A stretch of DNA of 64,000 bases. Origin: Mayamaea pseudoterrestris. Taxonomy: Eukaryota. Shown here piece after piece: positions 41,901-54,450 of this stretch. A program made the position numbers and the translations under genes. The DNA lies in the NCBI GenBank assembly GCA_027923505.1, contig BROI01000013.1, positions 124,001 to 188,000 of the forward strand, read 5' to 3'. The stretch's first letter is position 1. Each line of letters opens with the position of its first letter. The notes under the pieces are model-generated. The model made no database searches. It was given only the letters and a program-made list of their open reading frames with translations, and was not told where the DNA came from.

Positions 41901-44900
41901 TGGTGCCAACATCATTAGTCAGGCTGCGCTACCAGATGGTAGGCTTGGCTGGTGTCTCAGGGGATGGCAATGTATTTGGTGACAACTTGTCACCAGTCTC
42001 AGCCCGCGGATGCCGTGACATTCAAACGCCCCTACAGCAAGCCCTGTAGGTGCCCAAAATACACCAGAATGGTGCCAACATCATTATTCAGGCTGCGCTA
42101 CAAGATGGTAGGCTTGGCTGGTGTCTCAGGGGATGGCAATGTATCTGGTGACAACTTGTCACCAGTCTCAGCCCACAGATGCAGTGACATTCAAACGTCC
42201 CTACAGCAAGCCCTGTAGGTGCCCAAAATACACTAGAATGGTGCCAACATCATTAGTCAGGCTGCGCTACAAGATGGTAGGCTTTGCTAATGTCTCAGGG
42301 GATGGCAATGTATTTGGTGACAACTTGTCACCAGTCTCAGCCTGCGGATGCCGTGACATTCAAACGCCCCTACAGCAAGCCCTGTAGGTGCCCAAAATAC
42401 ACCAGAATGGTGCCAACATCATTAGTCAGGCTGCGCTACAAGATGGTAGTCTTGCCTGGTGTCTTAGGGGATGGCAATGTATTTGGTGACAACTTGTCAC
42501 CAGTCTCAGCCTGCGGATGCTGTGACATTCAAATGCCCCTACAGCAAGCCCTGTAGGTGCCCAAAATACACCAGAATGGTGCCAACATCATTATTCAGGC
42601 TGCTCAACAAGATGGTAGGCTTGGCTGGTGTCTCAGGGGATGGCAATGTATTTGGTGACAACTTGTCACCAGTCTCAGCCCGCAGATGCCGTGACATTCA
42701 AACGCCCCTACAGCAAGCCCTGTAGGTGCCCAAAATACACCAGAATGGTGCCAACATCATTATTCAGGCTGCGCTACAAGATGGTAGGCTTGGCTGGTGT
42801 CTCAGGGGATGGCAATGTATTTGGTGACAACTTGTCACCAGTCTCAGCCTGCGGATGCCGTGACATTTAAACGCCCCTACAGCAAGCCCTGTAGGTGCCC
42901 AAAATACACCAGAATGGTGCCAACATCATTAGTCAGGCTGCGCTACAAGATGGTAGGCTTGGCTGGTGTCTCAGGGGACGGCAATGTATTTGGTGACAAC
43001 TTGTCACCAGTCTCAGCCCGCGGATGCCGTGACATTCAAACGCCCCTATAGCAAGCCCTGTAGGTGCCCAAAATACACCGGAATGGTGCCAACATCCTTA
43101 TTCAGGCTGCGCTACAAGATGGTTGGCTTGGCTGGTGTCTCAGGGGATGGCAATGTATTTGGTGACAACTTATCACCAGTCTCAGCCCGCAGATGCCGTG
43201 ACATTCAAACGTCCCTACAGCTAGATCTGTAGGTGCCCAAAATACACCAGAATGGTGCCAACATCATTATTCAGGCTGCGCTACAAGATGGTAGTCTTGC
43301 CTGGTGTCTTAGGGGATGGCAATGTATTTGGTGACAACTTGTCACCAGTCTCAGCCTGCGGATGCTGTGACATTCAAATGCCCCTACAGCAAGCCCTGTA
43401 GGTGCCCAAAATACACCAGAATGGTGCCAACATCATTATTCAATCTGCGCTGCAAGATGGTATGCTTGGCTGGTGTCTCAGGGGATGGCAATGTATTTGG
43501 TGACAACTTGTCACCAGTCTCAGCCCGCAGATGCCGTGACATTCAAACATCCCTACAGCAAGATCTGTAGGTGCCCAAAATACACCAGAATGGTGCCAAC
43601 ATCATTATTCAGGCTGCGCTACAAGATGGTAGTCTTGCCTGGTGTCTTAGGGGATGCCAATGTATTTGGTGACAACTTGTCACCAGCCCGCAGATGCTGT
43701 AGATGCCGTGACATTCAAACATCCCTACAGCAAGATCTGTAGGTGCCCAAAATACACCAGAATGGTGCCAACATCATTATTCAGGCTGCGCTACAAGATG
43801 GTAGTCTTGCCTGGTGTCTTAGGGGATGCCAATGTATTTGGTGACAACTTGTCACCAGCCCGCAGATGCTGTGACATTCAAATGCCCCTACAGCAAGCCC
43901 TGTAGGTGCCCAAAATACACCAGAATGGTGCCAACATCATTACTCAGGCTGCGCTACAAGATGGTAGGCTTGGCGGGTGTCTCAGGGGATGGCAATGTAT
44001 TTGGTGACAACTTGTCACCAGTCTCAGCTCGCAGATGCCGTGACATTCAAACGCCCCTACGGCAAACTTTGTAGGTGCCCAAAATACACCAGAATGGTGC
44101 CAACATCATTATTCAGGCTGCGCTACAAGATGGTAGGCTTGGCTGGTGTCTCAGGGTTTGGCAATGTATTTGGTGACAACTTGTCACCAGTCTCAGCCTG
44201 CGGATGCCGGACATTCAAATTCCCCTACAGCAAGCCCTGTATGTGCCCAAAATACACCAGCATGGTGTTAACATCATTATTCAGGCTGCGCTACAAGATG
44301 GTAGGCTTGGCTGGTGTCTCAGGGGATGGCAATGTATTTGGTGACAACTTGTCACCAGTCTCAGCCTGCGGATGCCGTGACATTCAAACGCCCCTACAGC
44401 AAGCCCTGTAGGTGCCCAAATACACCAGAATGGTGCCAATATCATTGTTCAGGCTGCGCTACCAGATGGTAGGCTTGGCTGGTGTCTCAGGGGATGGCAA
44501 TGTATTTGGTGACAACTTGTCACCAGTCTCAGCCCGCGGATGCCGTGACATTCAAACGCCCCTACAGCAAGCCCTGTAGGTGCCCAAAATACACCAGAAT
44601 GGTGCCAACATCATTATTCAGGCTGCGCTACAAGATGGTAGGCTTGGCTGGTGTCTCAGGGGATGGCAATGTATTTGGTGACAACTTGTCACCAGTCTCA
44701 GCCCGCAGATGCAGTGACATTCAAACGCCCCTACAGCAAGATCTGTAGGTGCCCAAAATACACCAGAATGGTGCCAACATCATTATTCAGGCTGCGCTAC
44801 AAGATGGTAGGCTTTGCTAATGTCTCAGGGGATGGCAATGTATTTGGTGACAACTTGTCACCAGTCTCAGCCTGCGGATGCCGTGACATTCAAAAGCCCC

Positions 44901-46289
44901 TACAGCAAGCCCTGTAGGTGCCCAAAATACACTAGAATGGTGCCAACATCATTAGTCAGGCTGCGCTACAAGATGGTAGGCTTTGCTAATGTCTCAGGGG
45001 ATGGCAATGTATTTGGTGACAACTTGTCACCAGTCTCAGCCTGCGGATGCCGTGACATTCAAAAGCCCCTACAGCAAGCCCTGTAGGTGCCCAAAATACA
45101 CCAGAATGGTGCCAACATCATTAGTCAGGCTGCGCTACAAGATGGTAGTCTTGCCTGGTGTCTTAGGGGATGGCAATGTATTTGGTGACAACTTGTCACC
45201 AGTCTCAGCCTGCGGATGCTGTGACATTCAAATGCCCCTACAGCAAGCCCTGTAGGTGCCCAAAATACACCAGAATGGTGCCAACATCATTATTCAGGCT
45301 GCGCTACAAGATGGTAGTCTTGCCTGGTGTCTCAGGGGATGGCAATGTATTTGGTGACAACTTGTCACCAGTCTCAGCCCGCAGATGCCGTGACATTCAA
45401 ACGTCCCTACAGCAAGATCTGTAGGTGCCCAAAATACACCAGAATGGTGCCAACATCATTATTCAGGCTGCGCTACAAGATGGTAGACTTGCCTGGTGTC
45501 TTAGGGGATGCCAATGTATTTGGTGACAACTTGTCACCAGTCTCAGCCTGCGGATGCTGTGACATTCAAATGCCCCTACAGCAAGCCCTGTAGGTGCCCA
45601 AAATACACCAGAATGGTGCCAACATCATTAGTCAGGCTGCGCTACAAGATGGTAGGCTTGGCGGGTGTCTCAGGGGATGGCAATGTATTTGGTGACAACT
45701 TGTCACCAGTCTCAGCCTGCGGATGCCGTGACATTCAAACGCCCCTACGGCAAGCCCTGTAGGTGCCCGAAATACACCAGAATGGTGCCAACATCATTAT
45801 TCAGGCTGCGCTACAAGATGGTAGGCTTGGCTGGTGTCTCAGGGGATGGCAATGTGTTTGGTGACAACTTGTCACCAGTCTCAGCCCACGGATGCTGTGA
45901 CATTCAAACGCCCCTACAGCAAGCCCTGTAGGTGCCCAAAATACACCAGAATGGTGCCAACATCATTAGTCAGGCTGCGCTACAAGATGGTTGGCTTGGC
46001 TTGTGTCTCAGGGAATGGCAATGTATCTGGTGACAACTTGTCACCAGTCTCAGCCCGCAGATGCCGTGACATTCAAACGTCCCTACAGCAAGATCTGTAG
46101 GTGCCCAAAATACACCAGAATGGTGCCAACATCATTAGTCAGGCTGCGCTACAAGATGGTAGGCTTGGCTGGTGTCTCAGGGGATGGCAATGTATTTGGT
46201 GACAACTTGTCACCAGTCTCAGCCTGCGGATGCCGTGACATTCAAACGCCCCTACAGCAAGCCCTGTAGGTGTCCAAAATACACCAGAA
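35936..46289. repeat. 169-bp satellite, right block (~61 monomers)
   Basis: Continuous 169-bp period with scattered variants; abrupt end at 46289. Confidence 0.98.
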
Positions 46290-46730
46290 GTCATTGTGAC
46301 TATTTGTACAACGCCATGTCTCGCCTTTCCATTAGCTGGAGTTTCGTTAACGAGGGATGACCACTCACGCGGTCGCATTATGCTTGGAATTTGTGCCAGT
46401 TTGGCTTCTCAAGGAATCGAAACGCTCAAATCATGGGTATCGACTCTATAACTTCCGCGAGGCTTGCTGCATGGCATGGATGAAGCAGGTGTTCCCTTGC
46501 AAGTCGACGGAGGCTTATACATCAAGTACAATTCAGGCGGGGTCTACACCTTTGCCGACATTAGGAAGTCAGGTTGAGGATTCGATTCGCTATGGAAGCT
46601 GGGAGATGCCATGCTCAAGAATTATGATGGAACCTATCGAGGAGTGTACTTTTAAGTAGAAATCGGAGATGATACCTTTCAACAGTACCTTTGCCCGCTT
46701 GATCTGTTTGATGCGAATGTAAATAGTTGA
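46290..46730 (+). pseudogene. 5'-truncated DUF1824-like pseudogene
   Basis: One frame reads ..IMLGICASLASQGIETLKSWVSTL*LPRGLLHG..GGLYIKYNSGG..G*..YDGTYRGVYF*VE..QYLCPLDLF, with stops at 46449, 46575 and 46653. Confidence 0.72.
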
Positions 46731-46778
46731 ACGTTACTTTTAGTTTATTTTTAAGCGGCTCTGTCAGTTTCAAACATG

Positions 46779-49214
46779 CTAGTTGAGAGCGCGGTGAAGC
46801 TTCATCTCAGCGTCACGAATCTGGCGACTCATGTTGGCCAGCGTCAAACCGGAAAATCTCAACATGTCTTTGGCAAGCTTTGCCTGTTCGGGATCAATGT
46901 CAACTTCCAAAGGTTCGCCTTTTAATTTCACTTTGGTAGCACGAGCAGCTTCCAATTCCTTCTCGACTTGCTTGCACTTTGTCGAAACGCGTTGTATATC
47001 CTGAAAGTAGTCATACTCGGCTTGTGTAATCGTCGGAACCAATTCCTTGCACGCTTGCAATAGACCAACGCCACGCTCACTCAGAATTGAAGCATTTGTC
47101 GCCGCGCCAACTAGACCCTGGGTAAGGGTCGATGCTTTGATCTGGAGCGACGCCACGGTGCGCGACAAGGCGGATAGCTGCTGTTGTTGACTGTCCACCA
47201 CGTTTTTGAGCGCTTCCTGGCGCATTACCGTAAGCTTTTTCAGCTCCACCAAAGGCAACACAATTTGCTGATTGCATTCTTCGTGCAGCTGAATTGCAAC
47301 AGCTAGTTGCTCTGGTGAAATGTCGGAACTTTTGGTGGACGAACCAACCACTTGCGTCAAACCTCCAATCCCCTTTTCAAGTTGACGAAGGAGCGGTGCA
47401 ATTTTTTCATGAAATGGCCGAATATCCTCAAGTAATTGGAGCGCATCGTCGGATGCTTTGGGAGCCGACATAGTAAGGACAAGTTGGTTATTTTCGCTGG
47501 TTGCAGACCGTTCAGTCATATACTCCAGTTCGTGCACCGCTTGAGACTGCGCAACATCAACACAAACAACCTGACCATCATGGGCTCGTACAATGAGCTC
47601 GTGGCCAGCATACGCATCTCCTGAAACAACTGCGCCATGTAACTCGCTTCCGTGGATGCAAGGCCGTGCAAACGTATTCAAAGTAGTTGACGCATCCTCG
47701 TGCTTTTTGCCTCCGAGCAACCGACGACTCGTGAGACGAACGGCAGTCGTCGAAATTGTTGAAAGATTCGTCTTGGTGCATACATGAAGAAGAGTCTCCA
47801 CTATTGGATCCGGTAAGAGAACCATTGAGGCGTTTGTTTGTCTCGCCGATTGTGCGCCCGTCTCAAGTCCTAGAGAGACCCGTTCGACAATGCACGACAA
47901 GCGCATCATGGCGTCATCCAATGCATACGAATCAACCTTTGCTTCAAAGGAGAACCGTGGCAATAGTGCCGAGGGAGAGATGATGGCAAAGTCAACGTTT
48001 CCATTTTCCATTCCACAAGCAATACCGACCATTCCGACATTGCCAAACGATTCAATTGTCAATGCCGGTGGACCAGGCTCTATGGCACTAGCGTACAAGA
48101 CAGGCCCTTGAATTTGCAGCGGAAAGGCGGCCGAGGGCAAAGCGTCGACAAACATGTTGGCCGTGTAAAAGAACGCCTTGTTAGTTGGTGAGAATACATC
48201 CAAAAGATACTGCTCGGCGGCGCGACATTGGTTCCACTTAAAATCTCCTCGGGTGGCCGAATCTTTTTGTCCTCGAATGTAATCCAACGCTTCCTCAAAC
48301 AAGCCAGCTTTTGCGACTGTGCCATGGAATACAACAGGTGACGCTGCTAGCACATCTCCTGAATTCTTAATCAAGAGAATGGTCAAGCTTGACAAAAGCG
48401 AGAGTTCGATGGACGCAGCGAAGCAAAAGTCGACGATGCGCTGGTCGTGTCCAGTTAGTTCGTCCAAAACGTCCTCCAAAACAAACTCAAGTGGCAACGA
48501 CAAACAATGTTCTTTGTTGATTGTCAAAGTGGCATTCGTGGTCGTTACTAACCCCGCATGAAACAGCGACAAAGTATGCAAGCGGTTCTCGCGGTGGTAC
48601 ATCAGCATCGCAAGTGATCCCGGAGGAGCCAGGACGACAGACCCCTTAGCATGCGTCGGTGCAGGACGTACGCGAATAACATCCAAAGATGACCATGAGT
48701 AAGCGTCATCCGAAAGAACTTGTCGAAATGGCTCGGTGGTGGATGCAACAAATCCATGCGTATCCTCGCCGGGGTTGCGACTTGAGCCGACTGAATCAGC
48801 TGACGCAAACGCCAATTTTACGACAAAGACGCTTTTGCGTGAATACATGCAAAGCTGCGTCAATATCTTGGCTTGTCGCCCAGACGATTGTGCATCCAAC
48901 GTAACAAGCGGCGTGCGTAAAGATTCACCGTGGATGGCAAAGATTTCCACAGGTGGATCCATCCGAAAGGATTCTTGTACATGATCCGGTAGTTCAGTTC
49001 GAACGAAAGATGGAACATCAAGAGGCTCATCACTGTCAATTCCTTCGTCATCTTCCTCAAAGGGGCGACTGCGAGATTCAATCAAGTAGGTGCCGTCCGA
49101 GGAAGCGATGAGCGAATGCAGGAACCGCTCATCAGGCCCAAGGCAGCAAAGGCGGAGGCTTGACTCTCCGCGAGCAGGACGCAAGACATGATCGCTAACC
49201 ATTAAATGCGACAT
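46779..49214 (-). CDS. Nucleoporin Nup82/Nup88-like protein (N-terminal beta-propeller, C-terminal coiled coil)
   Basis: 811-aa ORF; IVDFCF..TILLIKNSGDVLAASPV, LQIQGP, and C-terminal heptads with ITQAEYDYF. Family call by pattern only. Confidence 0.6.
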   Translation of the reverse strand: MSHLMVSDHVLRPARGESSLRLCCLGPDERFLHSLIASSDGTYLIESRSRPFEEDDEGIDSDEPLDVPSFVRTELPDHVQESFRMDPPVEIFAIHGESLRTPLVTLDAQSSGRQAKILTQLCMYSRKSVFVVKLAFASADSVGSSRNPGEDTHGFVASTTEPFRQVLSDDAYSWSSLDVIRVRPAPTHAKGSVVLAPPGSLAMLMYHRENRLHTLSLFHAGLVTTTNATLTINKEHCLSLPLEFVLEDVLDELTGHDQRIVDFCFAASIELSLLSSLTILLIKNSGDVLAASPVVFHGTVAKAGLFEEALDYIRGQKDSATRGDFKWNQCRAAEQYLLDVFSPTNKAFFYTANMFVDALPSAAFPLQIQGPVLYASAIEPGPPALTIESFGNVGMVGIACGMENGNVDFAIISPSALLPRFSFEAKVDSYALDDAMMRLSCIVERVSLGLETGAQSARQTNASMVLLPDPIVETLLHVCTKTNLSTISTTAVRLTSRRLLGGKKHEDASTTLNTFARPCIHGSELHGAVVSGDAYAGHELIVRAHDGQVVCVDVAQSQAVHELEYMTERSATSENNQLVLTMSAPKASDDALQLLEDIRPFHEKIAPLLRQLEKGIGGLTQVVGSSTKSSDISPEQLAVAIQLHEECNQQIVLPLVELKKLTVMRQEALKNVVDSQQQQLSALSRTVASLQIKASTLTQGLVGAATNASILSERGVGLLQACKELVPTITQAEYDYFQDIQRVSTKCKQVEKELEAARATKVKLKGEPLEVDIDPEQAKLAKDMLRFSGLTLANMSRQIRDAEMKLHRALN

Positions 49215-49556
49215 TAATAGAAAGATTGACAGGCGATGGATGGTGACGAGACGTCATGCACTTGTAGTATCTAGCGGTAGGTACACTTCGTGAAGGTGCC
49301 TTGCCATGTCGCCATGGCCGTGTGGTCCGCGTAGAAGTCATTCTGTCGTAGCGGTATCGTCATTTTCGAACGTCGGAAAATGAGTTTGAATACTCCCTTC
49401 CGTGTTTCACGAGCAAAAAGGTGCGAGATGTCATTTTAGTGCCGCTTTGTTCACAGTCATTTCGACGCATTATTTATCCATGCACGCGGTTGATGATGGT
49501 TGATGGTTCTTGGAGGTTGAGCCTGCAGACCAGCGAATGAGCAATATTCCTGATGC

Positions 49557-50297
49557 TTGAGAATGCTTGGAAGAATCTTCAGCGGTATATGGACCTGTTG
49601 TAGTTCTAAGAACCAAGGAGTTTGGAGGAGCTGCGACTCGGTCGGCCGCGCTTTCCAAACTACGGATAGCTCGTCATTGCCTAACAGTTCACCAATGGTT
49701 TGGAAAAATGCATACCAGACGTTCGATTGGAAGCCTTTGGATGAGATTCCAGAGGATGAGAACTGGATGGATTTACTGTTGCTCGTCACTCGATCCTCAA
49801 AACTCAAGCAAGGCAGCATGGCATGTATTCTAGTCCAACCCATGCCCATAGAGGATACAATACGCTTTGACTCGTTGCTATCAGACTACATGTCAAGAAT
49901 CGCAAGCATTGGAACCAACCAGTCTCTCTATTCGGAGAATTCGTCCGATATCCACGCTGAAATTGTCGCCATCGGCCAAGCAGCCCGACGGAAGCAGGAC
50001 ACTACCTTTGCTTCTCCCACAGAAGGATGCACTGCCTACATTACCATGCCGCCCTGTCGAAACTGCTTTGCCGCACTATATGTCGCTGGTATTCGCCGTA
50101 TCGTGAGTCGCTACGAGTGCAAGTGCCAGAAGACGATGGATGCGGCACATGAGCACAACATTGAAATGGATACAGTAGTCGAGTCTTTGGAGCAACGGGA
50201 TCGAATCAAAAAGTTGGTGAAAGCATACGAGAGTCGACTTGGCGATGATGTGGACGACGAGAACGGATTGAAAGGTTATTGTGAGCCATCCTGCTGA
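49557..50297 (+). CDS. Cytidine/deoxycytidylate deaminase family protein
   Basis: HAE..YITMPPCRNC..AGIRRIV zinc deaminase motifs; start codon uncertain. Confidence 0.88.
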   Translation: MRMLGRIFSGIWTCCSSKNQGVWRSCDSVGRAFQTTDSSSLPNSSPMVWKNAYQTFDWKPLDEIPEDENWMDLLLLVTRSSKLKQGSMACILVQPMPIEDTIRFDSLLSDYMSRIASIGTNQSLYSENSSDIHAEIVAIGQAARRKQDTTFASPTEGCTAYITMPPCRNCFAALYVAGIRRIVSRYECKCQKTMDAAHEHNIEMDTVVESLEQRDRIKKLVKAYESRLGDDVDDENGLKGYCEPSC

Positions 50298-50633
50298 CAG
50301 AGAGTCGCACAAAATACAGCTGCTGAGTCGATGCAACTAAATAGTCGCACCTTAGTTTAAAATTTAGTTTAGATAAAATATTTTTCGATATTGTTTGTGA
50401 GGACGATGTGAAACAGAGCTGGTGCTATTACGATTACTAAAAGCTCCGTGGCTATGATAAGGTACAACTAATACTATGCGACGGCTCTAAATCGAATGAC
50501 GTATAACTCGTGACTGAGCTTTCAGTTACCGCTTTACTAAACACGCGCCATCATTCTCGACGCATCGATCGAGCAATCGCTTCTCCTTGATATAAATGTT
50601 CGACTCCATCCCAGTTATACGGCAAGACTGACC

Positions 50634-51324
50634 ATGGTACTCACCAAGACACGAGTTATTGACGGACGCGACCATTTGCTGGGCCGCTTAGCCAGTATTG
50701 TCGCCAAGGAGCTTCTTGCTGGACAATCGATTGTCATTGTGCGATGCGACGAGATTTGCATCTCTGGTTCTTGTGAGTAACTGCTTGCCTGCCTGCTTGC
50801 CTGCTGAATTCAATGATCGTCTGGATGTGTCTCATATGTTTCGTTTAATCCTTGCAGTAACTCGCAATCGCATCAAGTATGCTCAGTTCCGCGCCAAGAA
50901 GATGAACACCAACCCCGGCCGCGGTCCCTTTCATCAAAAATCGCCCGCCCTCATGGTTTGGCGGACAATTCGAGGCATGATCCACCAGAAGACTGCTCGT
51001 GGACAGGAAGCCTTGAAGCGTTTGTCGACCTTTGAAGGAATCCCAGCTCCATACGACAAGCAAAAGCGTGTCGTTGTTCCGGCGGCTCTTCGCGTTATGC
51101 GACTCAAGGCACAGCGCGATTTTACCGTCATGGGTGACCTGGCGCATTCCGTCGGTTGGAAGCACCGGGATCTACTCAAGAAATTGGAGAGCAGGCGCAA
51201 GGAAGATGCTAGTGAGTTTTACGCCAAGAAGAAGGAAACGTTGCTGGCGCGAAGAAAGGCGGAGTCGGATGCTTCGGACGAGCTTGCCAAGGTGAATGAA
51301 GTCTTAGCAGCTGCCGGATACTAA
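50634..51324 (+). CDS. RPL13A: 60S ribosomal protein L13a (uL13)
   Basis: [21 protein letters not shown]; intron 50773-50857; [20 protein letters not shown]. Confidence 0.97.
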
Positions 51325-51939
51325 AATTCTAATACAACTAATAGGTCTAACGAGTGAACGATACGTCTTTGTACAGCAGTATTATATGAACAACGGCATG
51401 TTTCACGCCTTCCTGTTGCTATTTATTTCACTGTAGTTGAGTCGGAGCGGATAGTACCGGTAGGCCTACGACAACCGCAACAATCGTAAATAGGCAATCC
51501 AATTATCCGAAGCTTCATCATCCACATGAAGTCCATGGAATCAGAGTGCAGGGTTCTTTCCTATTGGTAGGTACGTTTTGTTTCGAACCAAGGTGCATGC
51601 ATTGACAGTGAAACACACGCTATAGTTCTTGGCACTCGGAGAGAGGACTTGCACGTTACATCAGGCTTAGAGTGTATTTGAAATGACGTTTCGGATGATT
51701 TGTTCATGCATAATGATAGTGCTATACTCCAGCCACGATGGACAAGACTTGCCTGATTCATTTGGCACTAGTTCGATAGCTGAATTGCAGGATATGAGCA
51801 TCAAGCGTGACTTGCGCGATCATCGTCCATTTTCAAATTCTTTGGCATGCCATCGTTACAAGGAGAGTTGTAACGGTGCTTGTACCCTTGGATCTACCCG
51901 GATCCTTACAACTAAATTACTTTACAAAAAAGAAGAAGA

Positions 51940-52961
51940 ATGGGTGTAGATAAAAGGCCAAGATCGTCGGATGACGAAATTGACGGCTCGTCGAGGCAGC
52001 AGAAACGTCCGCATGTAACGTCAGTCGGCTTCATTGGATCTGGCATGATGGCCACGGCAATTATGGATGCCTTGGTAGAGAAAGGCATTGTAAAGTCCGA
52101 ATCGATTGCGTGTTCCGATGTCTGGGAGGCTGTTCTCGGCAAGGCTCGCGGCAAGGGATACTTTGCAACGTTGTCCAACCATGAAGTCTGCGAGCGTGCC
52201 AGGGACGTCATTATCATTGCCGTTAAGCCAAACGTCGTCCAAGATGCTTGTAATGACATTATGCAAGTCCAGGAAAGCAGCGATGCTCTTATCATCAGTG
52301 TTGCAGCTGGTGTCACGCTGGCAACGCTTGAGCAACTCTTGCCGGGAAGACGCGTTGTGCGCTTAATGCCAAATACATGCTGCGTCGTAGGAGAAGCAGC
52401 GTCGGGATACGCCTTGGGTGCACTGGCGAATAACCAGGATTGTGCCATTGTTCAAACGATATTTGGTTCCTGTGGATTGGTCCGAGAGCTGAGCGAGTTT
52501 CTTTTAAACGCCGTCACGGGTTTGTCGGGAAGTGGGCCAGCCTTTGTTTTTGAGTTTATTGAAGCAATGGCGGATGGAGGAGTTCGCTGCGGACTGCCTC
52601 GAGGGGAAGCAATAATGCTTGCGGCGCAAACGGTAAAGGGTGCGGCGGAAATGGTGCTAACGCAAAAGGTGCATCCGGCGGAACTGAAGGACCGTGTCAC
52701 ATCTCCCGGCGGAACAACGATTGCTGGTTGCGATGAATTAGAAAAAGGGTAATTATAGTCAAGTTCTTTGCTTGTCGATGATAATCTGTGGCTGGTTTTC
52801 ATCAAACGAGCAAGGTAACAACATAGCTCACACACATGTTTGTGTTTGATCACAGTGGCATGCGATCCGCTGTCATTAACGCGGTCAAGGCTGCGACGCG
52901 ACGAAGCATGCAGCTTGGAGGAACCAGCGAGGCTGAGATTGTCAACAAATATGGTCTATAG
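51940..52961 (+). CDS. proC: Pyrroline-5-carboxylate reductase
   Basis: GFIGSGMMA, AVKP, RLMPNT, TGLSGSGPAF, VTSPGGTTI; intron 52749-52855. Confidence 0.96.
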
Positions 52962-53406
52962 TGGATCTGATAAATAGTAAAGGAAGTGAGAAAGTGAGCG
53001 GGCAGTCGCTGCCTTTGACAATTTTTGTAAAGTGTGCTCCCAAACATAAATAGAAAAAGGTTGGGTTTCTGATTACATCGTATGAGGAGTCATAGGTTGT
53101 AGGTTCTTTCAGAGTGTCCAGAGAGGTGTTGCTCATGCCATTGGTAATGTACATGATACCTACCTACCGGTAGTCCAAAGTCAATAGTACGACATGAGAG
53201 CGCGTTTGAAAAGTGTGACGTTCGTGTCCGAAGCTTTGGACAAGGAAGAATCACCATCACTCGTTCGCAGCGTCTCCAAGCTCCAAGCGCCTCGTCTTCT
53301 ACTTCACACATCACGCTCATCCAACATCGTCACTAAAAGCAGTAGTTGTCTGCATTTAGCTAAATAGGGAAAATAGAGAGCGATCGCCACGGTCATCATT
53401 ACTGCC

Positions 53407-54386
53407 ATGGAACGTCAAGAATCAAGTCCACTCAACGGCAATTGCCGATTTGCCATTCCAAAAAAAGGTCGACTCTTTGATAAGGTGGTTGAAATGCTCA
53501 AGGGAGCAGGAATCGAGTTTCGACGAGAGTCTCGTCTTGATATTGCGCTATGTGTTGGCCTTCCCATTACGCTCGTCTTTTTGCCAGCCGCCGACATTGC
53601 AAAGTACGTTGGCGAAGGAAACGTTGACATCGGGATTACAGGCATTGACGTTGTACAAGAGAGTGATGTTACCGTCAAGCAAATCATGGATCTTGGATTT
53701 GGCAAGTGCAAGCTTTGCGTTCAAGCTCCAGTCAAGAGCAGGATTGCCAATGTCGAACAGTTAGCTGGGAAGCGTATCGTCACTAGCTTTCCCGACTTGA
53801 CAAAGAAATACTTTAAGAAGTACGACGAGCAGCAGGGAGTCACGACGAGTGTCAAATTTGTTTCAGGGTCTGTTGAAGCAGCTTGCTCTTTGGGATTGGC
53901 TGATGCTGTGGTGGATTTGGTGGAAACTGGAACGACCATGAAGGTATGGCGACGAGGAATGGTACGAATAGTCTTGCATTTTATACATATTACTCATCTC
54001 ACTCTATATTTTCTACGACATTTTCGCAGGCCGCTGGACTAGAGATTGTCGCGGATGTTTTGGAGACGCAGGCTGTCTTGATTGCGAATCCGCATCACGT
54101 TGAGCATCAAGACTTGGTGGATCTCATCAAGGCCCGACTCACGGGCTGGATCACTGCCAAACAATACAGTATGTTGATTTACAACATTGCCAACGACCTG
54201 TTATCAAACGCCGTGGCAATTACTCCAGGAAAGCGATCTCCTACCATTACGTCCTTGGACAATGGCGACTTTAAATCAGTTTCGGCGCTCATTTTAAAGT
54301 CGGAGATCCCAGCGAAAATGGACGCCCTCCACGACATTGGAGCCACAGACATACTCGTGCTGGAATTGGCTAACACACGCATGTAA
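53407..54386 (+). CDS. hisG: ATP phosphoribosyltransferase (long form)
   Basis: AIPKKGRL, DIGITGID, GSVEAAC.LGLADAVVDLVETGTT; intron 53944-54029; TPGKRSPT, GATDIL. Confidence 0.96.
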
Positions 54387-54450
54387 TTTAAGTATAGAAG
54401 TAGCATGATTGACGACAGTAAACATAATGTTCTATCGGTTGGTGCATGTG

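Noticed and set aside
26810..46289. Satellite as a CRISPR array or tandem 5S/tRNA/snRNA genes
   Set aside because: No unique spacers, no cas genes, eukaryotic context, and no recognisable 5S, tRNA or snRNA sequence.
46290..46300. GTCATTGTGAC at the array end matches 11 bp of the LTR tip
   Set aside because: Too short, lacks the terminal A and any further LTR sequence, and is in frame with the pseudogene; probably coincidence.
26683..46378. Dozens of 80-90 aa ORFs (MSQGMAMYLVTTCHQ...)
   Set aside because: Artefacts of the 169-bp period; non-ATG starts and no coding-like constraint.
49488..49556. TGATGA...CTGA, possible box C/D snoRNA
   Set aside because: No convincing terminal stem or rRNA-complementary guide identified; would need a snoRNA search.
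50773..50857. RPL13A intron as snoRNA host
   Set aside because: Only 85 bp with no properly ordered C and D boxes.
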